Source: Raillietiella orientalis (taxonomy: Eukaryota). From it: a DNA stretch of 64,000 bases. Shown piece after piece: positions 1 to 11,192 of this stretch; the stretch's first letter is position 1; each line of letters opens with the position of its first letter. Under the pieces are notes generated by a model. It saw only the letters and a list, made by a program, of their open reading frames with translations, did no database searches and had not been told where the DNA came from. The translations under genes were made by a program, and so were the position numbers. The stretch spans positions 1,240,001 to 1,304,000 of the forward strand of contig JAYWIR010000024.1 in NCBI GenBank assembly GCA_036172245.1. The letters run 5' to 3'.

Positions 1-620
1 TGGAACCAATGCCGCCTCCCCTTCCGACCCCTACGGGAGTGCACGAGCCAGTGCCGACGGACTGCTCCGGCGCTTGCGTGCATTCTAGTGCCCCCGAGGG
101 AGGACGGGGTGGGGAGGAAAGCCCCCTCTGATGCTACCGGTCGCTGCCCAGGGGTGAGCCTGCTCTAACCTCCCTCTGTGGCAAGAGAGGAAGGGAGGCT
201 GCATTCCCCGGGTGGATGAGCAGCACCCGAAGATCCTCCGCTCCTCCCGGAGAACCGGAAGAGGGAGGGAAGGTAGTGGACCAGGGAAGGGTTCTCTTCG
301 TGGGAAACGCCGGGAGTGGTCGCATCGGAGAGACACCCGGACGGGGCGCGAAGAGTCACTCCTGAGGGAGCGCCCTGGAGCATCAAGGTAGGTTGATCTA
401 CCCTGCAGAAACGGCCGAGGCGTCTTCAGGGAAGCGGCGAAGGGAGAGAGAGGCAGATTGGGGTCAAGGCCGCCCTCCCCCGGGTGGTTTTCCTGGCTCC
501 TCCCCTCCTTCAGCACTCCTGAAGGCGCGCCGTTGCTTCTGGCAACCCCCGCGCGGAGGAACCTGTGTCGCCTCTGCTTCCCTCCCGACCTACCTTCCCC
601 GGGTGACTTCTTGGTGTTGA
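1..620 (+). mobile_element. Highly decayed LINE ORF2 (RT thumb region) fragment, approximate limits
   Basis: Frameshifted translation near 105-150 resembles the GWG....L..YRSL motif that follows the RT core in LINEs. TGATCTACCCTGCA (394-407) recurs inverted at 3712-3725 in another relic. Confidence 0.33.
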
Positions 621-1899
621 GAGGGAAAAGGGGTCGCTTAGGGTGCCCCGCAGCTCCGCCGGACGGGGCGTTGTTTGGCAACCACCCCTCCATCGCAGGC
701 CGGGGCGAACCAGTAGGGAAGGAGGTCCGTCGAGGACAGTAGTGCGGTTCTTTCATGGAAGGGGGGGGGGGCAGGGAAGGACTATCTCCCCATCCCCTAT
801 TCCTTCTCCTTCCCTCCCCGGCTTCTCCGGGGTGGACTGCGCAGGGGAGCGAGGGAGACGCGCGTCGCTGGGGCAGGTCGACGTCCTGCGACGGAGGCGA
901 CGACCGACGGCACCGCCGCGCGCGCGCGCGCAAGGCGAGGAGGCAGCGACACGTCCCTCTCGCCCCCCCCCCTTTCTCTTCCCCTCCCCTCTCTTCCCCC
1001 TCCTCCCCTTCGCAGCGCTGCCAGCCAGCAGCTGCGAGGCAGAGGAACCGGCCGCCGCCACTCCCTCACTGCCTTCCCCCCGCGGAGACGTCCTCGTCGA
1101 TGGTGGCGGAGAATCCACCCCGGGAGGAAAGGGGGGGACGCAAGCGCGCTTGCATCTTGGAAACGGGGGCCGAGGGGTCCTCTCCCCGGACGACGCCGTC
1201 TCCGCCGCTGCCCAGGCACCCCTGCCATCGGGGGAAGAGGAGCGTGGAGGGAAGGAGTTTCCTCCCTCCCTCCCCTCCGAGCGGGAAGCACCTGTGCCTC
1301 TCTGCACGACCGCTCCTCTCCGTCACCTGGCAACCCCCAGGGGAAGGCGAGTGGCGCTGCTGTCAAACGAGGACGACCGCTTTCCCATTTTCCTTTCCCG
1401 CTTTTTTTTTTTTTTTCGCATTCCCGTCCGCGACCTCCACGTTGCCCCTCTCGTTCCCATGAAGGAAGGAGAAGAGAAGAAGGGCCGTTCCTCAAGACGG
1501 TCGACTGGCTGAGCTTCGTTTCCCGGAAAAGGAGGGAGTGTAGGGAGCCGCGGTGAACGGGGCCAGCAGAAGGAGAGACTCTTTGAAAACACCGAGCTGC
1601 CCCCATGCCCATTCTTTCCTCTTCTTCCTCTTCCTCTCCCTTCCCCCTCCTCTTCCTGCCTTTCTCTTCTTCCTCTTCCCTTTCTCCTCCTCTTCCTCTT
1701 CCTCCCACCATGTGCTGGGGCGAACTCCGTAGATCCCGGCCTCCCCAGCTGGAAGCATTGTTGGTGAGCTCTTGGTGCCCGCTTCGCCCACTATTTCAAG
1801 GTCGCCCGACTGCCGCTAGGACAGTGGAATTCTTTTCTGCTCAATCCCGTCTTCTTTAGTGGTCCAGGTGAGGGAGCGAGGGCGCGCGGGCTGCAGGCT

Positions 1900-2800
1900 G
1901 ACGAGGAGGCAGGCCGGCGATGGAAGGGCCTCCTCCTAGGTGGCTCGGAGTGCTTCTGGGTGTGTGTTAAAGGGGGGGACTGGTGACATTCGCCATCCCC
2001 TTCTCTGCTCGCGCTCCTCCTCAAGGCCGCCGTGGACCAGAGAGCATAGCCGGAGGCGTTTCGAGAGGCGAGGAGCGCCTCCAGCGCCGCGGGGCATCGC
2101 CCGTTCCGGATCCACGGCGAGTGGTGGTCAGACGATCGACCAGGGTCCTGCGAGAGAAGACCGGGGGAAGATCGAGAGCCGGACGGAGGAGGAGGAGCTC
2201 GGCGCCGCTGGCCTCCTTGCCTCCCCGTCTCGAGGGAGGACGAGGAATGAGGAGGGGGAGGGAACCAAGAGAGCGCCTCCGTGGCAACCGCTCCCTTTGC
2301 ACGTGAGCTCTCCCGCGTGGCTTCCGGGCAGAAGAGGAAGGCCTTCCGGCCATCCTTGGCAACGCGGAAGCGGAGACGAACATGACCTCCCGCACTTCTA
2401 CTCCAGCGGGGCCGAGCAGCGGTCAACCCGGCGCTTTCCCTAGGAGACCGACTACCCGGAGGCGGAGCGCACCTCTCGCGGACACCTCCCGAAGTTCTGC
2501 ATGCCAAGAGTCCTCTCCTGGCGATCTCAAGAGCGCCCCTGGGAAGGGCCTGCCCTTCGGTTCCTCGCTCCCGGAGGAGGGAACTGACCAGCCAAGGGGA
2601 AGGAAACCGGTTTAAGGAGACGAGCGTCCTTCCTCCAGCTGTAGGATGGGCTTTCCCCCTGGGCGGGAGAGTAGGACCTTGTGGAGCATGGACCCGCGCT
2701 ACCCGGAATTTCTGCCCCCTCCCTAGCTCGCCTCCGGGAAAGTTCCTCCTTCCCCCTCCTCTGCTTGTCTCTTGAGCGCAGGAGCTCCAGGTGAGTGTCT
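1900..2800 (-). mobile_element. Possible decayed LINE APE-endonuclease fragment
   Basis: The minus strand gives ...ALDL... followed (across a frameshift) by ...GRSSDHH..., the order and spacing of the C-terminal LD and SDH motifs of APE endonucleases. The evidence is weak. Confidence 0.3.
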
Positions 2801-3679
2801 TATATCTACTCATCCCTCTGCCCCCCTCCCCTCCTGAAACTCCCGAACTCCTCGTTGGTTGCCCCGGATGCACCCGACGAGCACCGCGCGACCTCACTTC
2901 CACCCCACTCATTCCGCGGAGCAGCGGCTGCGTCTTAACTCCCGACTCCTCCGGGAGCTCCAGCCAGAGCAGCTCCCTCGGGCAAGGGAGAGGAGACTGG
3001 CTGGAATCTATCCGAGGAACAGACGCGAAGGGGACGGACCGAGGGCGAGGCGAAGGGAAAGCCCCCTGTCCCTCCTGAGTCAGCTCCACGGGGAGCCTCC
3101 CGCCTCCTTGAGGCCGCCGCGGTTGCGGGCGGGGCTCAAGAACAGAAGACGCGACCCTAGCCCTGTCCTGCCGCGTGCAGAACCGCAGGCACGAGACCCT
3201 CTCACCACTCTCTCCAGGCGGCGCTGCTGCAGGCTCGCTCCCGCTGATGCCCCCGAGAGCCGTCCCGAACCTGCCCGGTCGCCCGCAAGGGGACTTCGAG
3301 CACCTCCGGTGGATCTGAGGCGCCCCGCAGCGCCTGCTCGGGTGACGGCCGGCGAGGAGGGGGAGGAGCGGACCATGCGGGCAGCGAGAGAGGAGGAGGC
3401 CGCCATTCCTTGCCGCGTCCTCAGGCACGCTCGCCACGTGGCGGTGGCAGGTCTGGCAGCGCGCATTCACCCCTGTGGTTTACCTGCTACTGGGCAACTC
3501 CTGCCTCTCGGGAGGAACCAGGGCCCTCGTCCTTGACCTGTCTCCCCCTCCCCTTCCTGCCTTCCTCCTCCACCTCCTCTTTCCTTCCTCCTCCCCTTTC
3601 CTCTTCTCCTCTGGCCGGAAGCTTCCTGGCCGTAGTCTCAGTGCCTCTGTCCCTGCTGCTCCTCCTTGATCATTAGGGG

Positions 3680-4720
3680 GTCTGCCTTTTAACCTTGCAG
3701 GCCATGAGTATTGCAGGGTAGATCAGTGGATGATCTTCCGGAGAGTCGGGATACTCCGAGATTTTCGTAGCAGCTGCCCTCGGCTAGCAACAGGAACCGA
3801 CTCCTCCTCCGGATGGACCATTCCAAATGCGTGGCTGCAAAGGGGAGGTCTGTTTTGGAGGTCAGGGATCGGAAGAGCTCCAGTGCTTTCCATCAGAGGG
3901 ATCTGTGCCGGGGGGTGCCGACTGTCCGTGTTCTCATCTCTGTCTCACTCCCCGAAGATTCTGATAGGATGTCCGTGGGAGGAGGGCCCGACTCGTCATC
4001 TCTCCCCCCCCCTCCCTATTCCAGAAGCCGGACCCCGCACTTCTATCGGGCGCAGCTGCGCTCCCGCGTGGTACAGATCAACGAGGTCCAGCTGCTGCCG
4101 CCGAGACAAGCCGCTCCCGGAGGCAGCGGTTCGCCTCGGCGAGCACCTCTGACCCCCGGTCAAAACGCTAGCTGGGGCCGTTATCGAATGGAGCAAGGAA
4201 AGAGAGCACGTGAGCAGGCACCTGCGAAGCGCGCGAGCCGGCCAGAGTCCTCCGGTCCGAGGGAACGTCGTTCCGGCGGCACCCATGCATCCCTCCCGGA
4301 GTCCCTTCTGGACCCATGCGGACCCTTCCCATCGAGAGGGTGCGACTTGCATCCGGTGCCTCTCTTCCTCAGTTGGCTCCAGGGAAGTTTCCTCCGCCCT
4401 GAGAGATCCCTCCCCTTTGCCCCCTCCCTGTGATGCGCCCGGGAGCCTCCCCCATCCGCCGGCCGTGCCGCAGAGGCGTCCGGCAGCCGCGCACGCCCCA
4501 GAAGGAGCCACTGGCGTTGCGGACCTAGAGATGGAGTCCGCCACCGCTGCTGCATGTGCGGACGCACTGCGCCATCTCGGGGGGATCCCTATGCCGCGGG
4601 TTGCCCCCGTCCTGGAGGCGGACCGAAGAGCCGAGCGGCCCTGCAATCCTCCGTGGCTCGCGAGAGGAGGGAAGGACCACACGGAGGAGCCGTCCTGCTT
4701 CTGGTTCCAGGGCGCCTCGG
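3680..4720 (-). mobile_element. Decayed LINE reverse-transcriptase fragment
   Basis: The minus strand gives GIGIP (GxPQG-like) near 4590 and ALELFRSL...LPFAA (LYRSL..LxYA-like) near 3850-3890. It shares a 14-mer with the relic at 1-620. Confidence 0.35.
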
Positions 4721-5967
4721 GTGGGCGCTCGGCCTCCGCGCCGCGGAGAACGCAGCCAGGAAGGTCGCGCCAGCTGACCTCCTCCCGCCCTCTCCTTCCG
4801 ACGGCCATTTGCTTTCTTCCCTTTCTTTTTTTCCCCGCCTTCCCCTCCCCCAGGAACAGGCGCTCGGCGAGAAAAGGTGGGTCGGACATCAGCGATCCGT
4901 GCGCGCGCGCCACACCGCCCGAGTGGCGCAGGGGGGAGCGGGGAGCCGACGAAGATGGGAAGGGATGAGGGGGGGACAGTCCGCGGCTGGTCGAACCGAC
5001 CGGGAGCTTCCCGCCTTGACGGCGCGCGCGCGGGAGCCGGGAAGGGGAGGGAGGATGGCTGGAAAGGAAGAGGGGAAGAAGATAACGCTGCGCGCCCGCG
5101 TCATCGTCCGCACCTGCTTTTCCCGCGCACCGTCCCCGTTTTCTTTTTTCCGTTGCCTCCCCCTCCTCCCGTTTCCCTTCCGCTTCAATTTCCTGTTCCT
5201 CTTGCTCTCCTTTCCCCCTCCCCCACATCCCAGTCCCTCTGGAGCGGGGGGACGGAGTTCCCCGTGCACGCGCGCACGGCGGTCCGCCACCTCCCGTCCT
5301 CTTCCCTGCCTCCTGGTTTTTCGGTGGCGGCGAACACGTCAGCAACACGTGTCGCCACCGCTCGCAGCTCGCGCGAGCGTTCCCGCCGCGGAGCTCCGGT
5401 CAGAGTCCTTGGAAAGCGGTGCACACGGCGCGGGCGGAATGCCGCCGCGTGCACCGCGCGCTAGGTGTGCGCCGGCGGGTACGCGCGCGCTAACGCTGCT
5501 CGGAAAGGTGGGGTCTGCCCCCCCTCCCGCCACAGGCTACGCGGGAGCGAGGGCACTCCAGTGTCTCCGTCTTCCCGGCCGGCTTCGCGCGGGAGGGCGG
5601 GGCAAGAGGCTCTTCCCGAGGAGGCCCGAAGGAAGGGGGGGAAGGGAAAGCGTGGACGACGGAGGTCTCTCTCTCTCTCCAGGACCCGCGTGCTCCCTCT
5701 CCCGGCGCCCGGGACGGGTGGGCGGCGGCGCCTCCTCCGCCGCCTGCGTTCCTCGTCCCTCCTCCCGGTGTGCGGAGGAGAGGGGTGGGGGGGAGGTCTC
5801 CGTGCCCCGCGCCGGTGGACGCGCGGGCGTTGCCCCCCTCCCCTCACCCCCACCCGCACGCGGCGGCTCCCCGAGGTCCCTGGCGCCAGCCGCTGGCAGC
5901 TAGCAGCGACGGTGGCGCGCGGCCGCTGCTGCAACAGCCATACCGGCAGCAGCAGGGACGGCAACGG

Positions 5968-5976
5968 CAGCAGCAT

Positions 5977-6006
<30 letters not shown>
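5968..6006 (+). repeat. (CAG)n microsatellite
   Basis: CAG CAG CAT (CAG)10, about 50 bp upstream of the TATA-like box. Confidence 0.95.
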
Positions 6007-6009
<3 letters not shown>

Positions 6010-6049
6010 GCGCACTCGCTTCCCCCGCGCGCGCGACGGCCCTTCTGCC

Positions 6050-6190
6050 CCGCCGATTTATAACCGGCCTCGCGGAGCGCGCGATCCACAGATTCTCGAG
6101 CGACGTCACGCGAAAGTGAAGCTCTCAGCTGTGTGGTGGGAGCGTCAGCTGGAAGCCTTACTCAGCTGATCGGCTCCGGATCAGCTGTTT
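6050..6190 (+). promoter_or_regulatory. Candidate core promoter of cyclin D
   Basis: TTTATAA at 6057-6063, CRE-like CGACGTCA at 6101-6108, E2F-like CGCGAAA at 6109-6115, and four TCAGCTG boxes (CAGCTG at 6126, 6146, 6163, 6182). It follows a very GC/CpG-rich stretch, about 1.2 kb upstream of the ATG. The transcription start site is not established. Confidence 0.5.
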
Positions 6191-6338
6191 CGGAAAAATC
6201 TCCCAGTGCTGGTGCAAAAATTTTCTGTGCGGATCCTTCGCTCTCTCCACTCCAGTGCTAAGCAGTCCGCGTCCCGTGCAGAAGTCATGACAACGGAGGA
6301 GGAGGTCCTGCTGCCATAGAGGTTTCTCACTTTGTTTT

Positions 6339-6366
6339 GTGTGTGCGTGCGCGCGTGTCTGTATGT

Positions 6367-6461
<95 letters not shown>

Positions 6462-6475
6462 AGGGAGGGAGAGGC
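6339..6475 (+). repeat. Compound (GT)n(GA)n(GGGA)n microsatellite
   Basis: Direct reading: about 25 uninterrupted GT units, then about 16 GA units, then GGGA repeats. Confidence 0.97.
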
Positions 6476-7382
6476 AGAGCGGACGTACATTTTTGTCTGC
6501 ATGCGTGCGTGTCTGGCAGGCCTGAGCACCACCGTCCGCGCGCCACCCCGGTTTGCCGGGAGATCATCGCCGATCGCGAAATGGGGGCTTGCGGGGATGG
6601 GCCCCTTGCTTCCCAGGCGGTTTCTTCTGCGAAGGGGGAGAGGGAAAGGAGGAGAGGGGGAGAGAGAACCGGCAGGAGAAGAGGAAGACGACCACTCGTT
6701 CTCGTGCACACCTTCCCCTCATGTTCCCCCCCTTACCCCCTCCCCTTCCCAGAAGACGAGGCAGAGGCTTCGAGAAGGAAGAAAAGGAAAAGAAGGAGAG
6801 AGAGAGTAAAGAGAAAAGAAAAAAAAAAAAAAAAAAATGGGTGCCGTCAATTAAGCGGAGGGAGCGCGCAGCGCCGCTTCGAGCGGCCGCAGCGCCGCCG
6901 CTGCAAGAACCGTCTCGGTGTCGGCGGACTTAAATGGCTTTCACTTCCTCCCCGAGCGAACGCGGCTAAACCCAACGTCCGAACCGGAAACTGAGCATTT
7001 GCAGCTATTTTAATCTCTGCCGTTAATCGCTAATAATGTTTCTCATTAAGGAAGAAGCTGTTGTTTGCCTGGTCTGGTGAAGGAGAAACCGGCGCTCCAA
7101 GATTTGCGCAGGAAAACGCACGCGCGCGCGCGCGCAGAGAGAGGAAGAAAAAAAGTCGAAAAAAAAAAAGCAGAAGAGGAAGGCAGAAGAAATTGGAGAA
7201 AAAGGAGAAAGAGAAGGAAAGCTCCGAGCCCGTCGCCGTCGCCAAAGCCGCCACCTCCAGCAAACGAAACAAACATGAAGGTGTCGTGTGCTTCGACGAG
7301 TTCGAAACTTCGGTGTGTTCCGTGCGTGTTGTGAGCCATGGCAGCGGCGTCGCTCCTTGGATGAGTGCATCGGTGCTCGAAG

Positions 7383-7619
7383 ATGTCTACCACGGATTTT
7401 TGCTCCCTGTTGTGCCTGGAGAGGATCTCCCAGGAGGACCTGTGCCCGTCCTCCCACCTGTATTCCGACGTGGATCCGGTCATCCTTAAGGACGGCAAGA
7501 TCCTCGACAACCTCCTCAAGATCGAGATGAACTACCTCCCGTCCCCGAACTTCATCTCGTTCGTGCAGAAGGAAATAAAAGAACACATGAGACGCATCGT
7601 CATCGAGTGGATGCTGGAG
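7383..7619 (+). CDS. CycD: Cyclin D, coding exon 1 (79 codons)
   Basis: ATG at 7383 gives MSTTDFCSLLCLE...DPVILKDGKILDNLLKIEMNYLPSPNFISFVQKEIKEHMRRIVIEWMLE. It contains the Rb-binding LxCxE motif (LLCLE) and the D-type VQKEI..MR.IV..WMLE start of the cyclin box. It ends at a GAG|GTAAGG donor, phase 0, at the same WMLE|VCEE position as vertebrate CCND genes. Confidence 0.96.
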
Positions 7620-7807
7620 GTAAGGAAGGAATTTTCTGTTCTCTCGGTGGGTGTGAACGAGAGCTCCACGTTGACGTGACACATCAGCTGCGTACATCCG
7701 TGCTTATTGTTCGCGCCACACAAGTTGCTAATGAGTTTTTCGTTTGACCTCATTTCTCTTTTCCCGAGGATTTAGAAAACAAAACACACACGCGCGCGCG
7801 CGGGCGT

Positions 7808-7851
7808 ACATAGAATCACCGCTCGCGCTCACATAGAATCACCGCTCGCGC
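7808..7851 (+). repeat. Tandem duplication, 23-bp period, in intron 1
   Basis: ACATAGAATCACCGCTCGCGC occurs at 7808-7828 and 7831-7851. A (CA)n tract follows at about 7883-7910. Confidence 0.9.
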
Positions 7852-7882
7852 GCACGCGCACAGTCAGTCACACACGTACATC

Positions 7883-7913
<31 letters not shown>

Positions 7914-8075
7914 TCCAACTCGTACGAAAAGATCCACGTGGATCATTCCAGAATCCGTTCCGTGGAGAGAGAGAGAGGGGGGGGGGAGAGAGCGGCAGCA
8001 CGCCTTCCGTTGCTATGCTCGAGGGCGATTTTCTCTGTATGAGGCCATTAATGACCTGAAATATGTCGTCCATAG

Positions 8076-8291
8076 GTATGTGAAGAGCAGGAGTGTCACG
8101 AGAAAGTCTTCCCCTTGGCTGTGAATTCCCTGGATAGGTTCTTGAGTCTGGTTCCCATCTCCTCTTCGCAGTTGCAGCTCCTAGGAACGGTGTGCCTATT
8201 CGTCTGCAGCAAAGCGTGCGAAAGCGTGCCGCTGACCGGGCAGACTTTGGTTTTTTACACGGACTACAGCATAACATTGCAAGAATTACAA
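8076..8291 (+). CDS. CycD: Cyclin D, coding exon 2 (216 nt)
   Basis: CATAG| acceptor; translates as [72 protein letters not shown]; |GTAAGT donor. This is the cyclin-box core (LDRFL, LQLLG..C.F..SK, YTD). Confidence 0.97.
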
Positions 8292-11029
8292 GTAAGTCGG
8301 ACCACCGGCGACCAACCCGGCCGGTTTGCTCCTCGGAACTGCCTTTCGAAACTGCAGGCTTGGTTGGTCCTTCTTTCCTTTTTCTGCCTCTTCTTTTTCC
8401 TTTTTTTTTTTTTTTTTTTGCCTTTTTTTTTTTTTTTTTTCCTCCCTGCCAACCGTCCGCAGATGTTGTAAGCTGGGAACGCATCTGAGATCGTGTGCCG
8501 TTTTGGTTCCGTTGCCAGGCTGGCAGCTCCCGGAACGTGTGTTGGAAGGGGCCGCAGACGCGCGCGGGAAAAAAGGTTGCTAGGCAGCGAAGGGACGGCC
8601 CGAAGAGGAGTCGAGAAGGAGGAGAGGCACTCGGGACGTCTGAGGATGGGGAAGCGACGGGAGGAGGGAAGGAACCAGGTTCGCCGAAGACGGCGACGGG
8701 CTTTCGAGGAAGCACGCAGCGAGGCGGCGGAAGATGGCGCGCGGGTTTCCGAGCCGCAGAAGAGTCTGGATGAGAGTACGGGATGATCACCGTGCTCTCT
8801 CCCTGCCGGCCTGGAGCAGACGCTTCGCGCGCGCTTGCCGTGGCGACGGCGGCGGAGGTGCAGATGACGCCCGCGAGAGAGCTGCGGCTTTTGCGGATCG
8901 TCGTCCGAGACGAACCGTTCGAGAGTGATGCTGTTTGGCTGCAGCAATTTTTTTTTTTTTTTTCCGGCCCTCTTTCACGTTGCTGGCTGCAAAAAACCGC
9001 AGTCAGTAGTATCTCCTCCTCCTGTGCACACAGAAAACCGTTGCCCCCCGCTTTTTGAGTCTCCGGCACGAGGGCGGGCTCTGCCGGCCGCGAGTGGTTC
9101 TGGTCCTTGCGCAGCACGCGCGATGGAATTCGGAACAGCCGCTCGCTCACCTGCATCTCCTGTGGCAAGAATGGTGGTGCCCAAGGAGGGGAAGAGAGGT
9201 CGATTGATAAAAATCTTGATTGTGCAGCTGCAGACATCTACAGAAGTCGACGTGAAAGCAAGATGAAGAGCTTCTTTTGATGCTGCGATCGTGTGCATCT
9301 TTGAACCCTGCAATCCTGCGGTCTCGAAGGGCACCGTGTTCGAGTCGCCCGCGTTCTCTTCCTTTTTTTTTTTTTTTTTTTTTTTCTCCTTTTCCGAGTT
9401 TGCTCGGGATGCCAAGGGAACCTGGAAACTTTGTGGTGCGGGCATTGGTCAGGAAGATTGCGCCGCATGCTGTTGTTCCGTTCCACCTTTTGTCGCCATG
9501 CGGAATTCTGGCTCTGCGCCCTCCGCTTCTTCTTCTTCTTCCTCGTCTCCTGGAATCAAGAGGTGCTTCGAAAGTGAGTGGCCGCTGTTCCAACTTCATG
9601 GGAGGGGGGGTGGGGGCGACATCTGTTCTACCCCCCGTGATCTTAGTGCTTCAGGTGCCGAAAATTCCGTGGTCCGTGAAGAGGTCATCGGTGGTCCAGT
9701 ATGATGTGGGAAATGGATGGATAGGTTATGAGTGATCGAACGGACGAGTAAAAGTGAAATGAATATTGATATTTTGTGAATTCGAAATGAAATTTTTTTT
9801 GGTTCCATGTTGAAGTATCAATTTTGAATAAGCTTTCTTTCATCTCACGTCGAGACAAGAGAGAAAAAGCATCCTTCGAGTTCGAGAACGGTAGTCTGGC
9901 TCCTCCGGAGCATCTTTCTTCCAAGACCGTCGACTGCACCTCTCCGCCGTGCCCGGTGCGTCGATTCTCTGGGGAAGGAGGGGGAGGAAAAAAAAAACGT
10001 TTCGGAATCGCGGAAGAGGAAGCAGAAGTACCGGAAGAAGCGAGAGCGGATGATTCGCGCCCTCCTCACGGCAGGAGCGAAGGCGGTTCGCCCTGTTGCA
10101 CGGTTCTCACTTTTACCCGGTGTTATGGGAACCGTCCCGTCGGATAACAAAGGAATTCGGATGCTGGGAGCTGCTCGGGACGGATTTGCGTGTTATTTGC
10201 CCGTGTAGAGGGATTCGGGAACAATAGAGGCGGCTGAACGAACGACAGCCGGTAGCTGCAAAAGAAAAGCCGGCTGGCGGACCAAGTGACCCCGGATTAT
10301 GCAGCAGCTCTTCAGACGGGAGAGGAAAAACCTCGCCCCGGAGTCACCTCTCGGAGACACGACATTCTGTAGGAATGCCGAGGAAACCTCAGAAGGCAGC
10401 GACAACCCCAAAGCCGTCGGCAGCGAAAGAGATGCGAAAGAAGCGATCGCCATGGTTGCTTTCCGCATCTCGAGTTCGCGGTGCCTCGCCGCCGCCGCCG
10501 CCGCAGCAGCAGCAGCAGCAGCTCGATGCAAATTCGCGAAAAGGGGGAGGGCGGAGGGGGTAAGGGGATGCCAGTCGACCGTTCCCGATGACGTCCCCCA
10601 AAAGTTGCGCGCCCTTGTGGTCACGGGACGGTCAGGAAGCTGCAGCGCGCATGCAGCGACGGCGATGCCGTCCTCTCCGGATCCCGAAGATGAGGCGGGA
10701 AAATCCATGACGGGATGAGAGAGGAGGCTCCACGTGGCACCTGCGCGTGCCGGAAAGCAGCGTTCACTCACGTGGTCGATTAGCCGCTGGCGCCTAGGTG
10801 GATAGTGGGGGCCAATTTTCGTCTTTGACGGCGTCTTCGCTTGCGTGGATGCGTTGCGAGAAGAAGAAGAAGATCTGCCGACTGTGTGTGTTTGAGAAAA
10901 CTCGTGGGTGTTTTGCAAACGTTGCAGCAGCAGTGCGTGCGTGCATTGCTGAGTTCTTTTTTGGTAATACCTCTCAAAAGACATCGCATCTCCTTTTTTT
11001 TTTTTTCTTTTTTTCTTCCCCCCCCTCAG

Positions 11030-11192
11030 CTGTGGGAGGTTCTAGTCCTGACCCGCCTGAAATGGGATATCCTCGCCATTACTCCCATTGACTTCTTGGA
11101 CTTTTTGGTGGACAGACTGCCAGAAAAGAGCATTTCCAACACGAGGATACTTCGGCAGAACGCCAAGTGCTTCGTCCTTCTGTGCCTGAAGG
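11030..11192 (+). CDS. CycD: Cyclin D, coding exon 3 (163 nt, ends phase 1)
   Basis: Long polypyrimidine tract plus CAG| acceptor; translates as LWEVLVLTRLKWDILAITPIDFLDFLVDRLPEKSISNTRILRQNAKCFVLLCLK; G|GTGAGT donor. Matches the E.LVL..LKW.L...TP.DF pattern of D cyclins. Confidence 0.96.

Noticed and set aside
85..6169. Long ORFs such as 1791-3470 (559 aa), 3996-5348 and 4554-5903
   Set aside because: They are Arg/Pro/Gly/Ser-rich, overlap in several frames and have no coherent domains. This is expected in GC-rich DNA with few stop codons.
7365..7382. ORF-track start at GTG 7365 for cyclin D
   Set aside because: This is a bacterial-style start call. The ATG at 7383 places LxCxE near the N-terminus as in other D cyclins.
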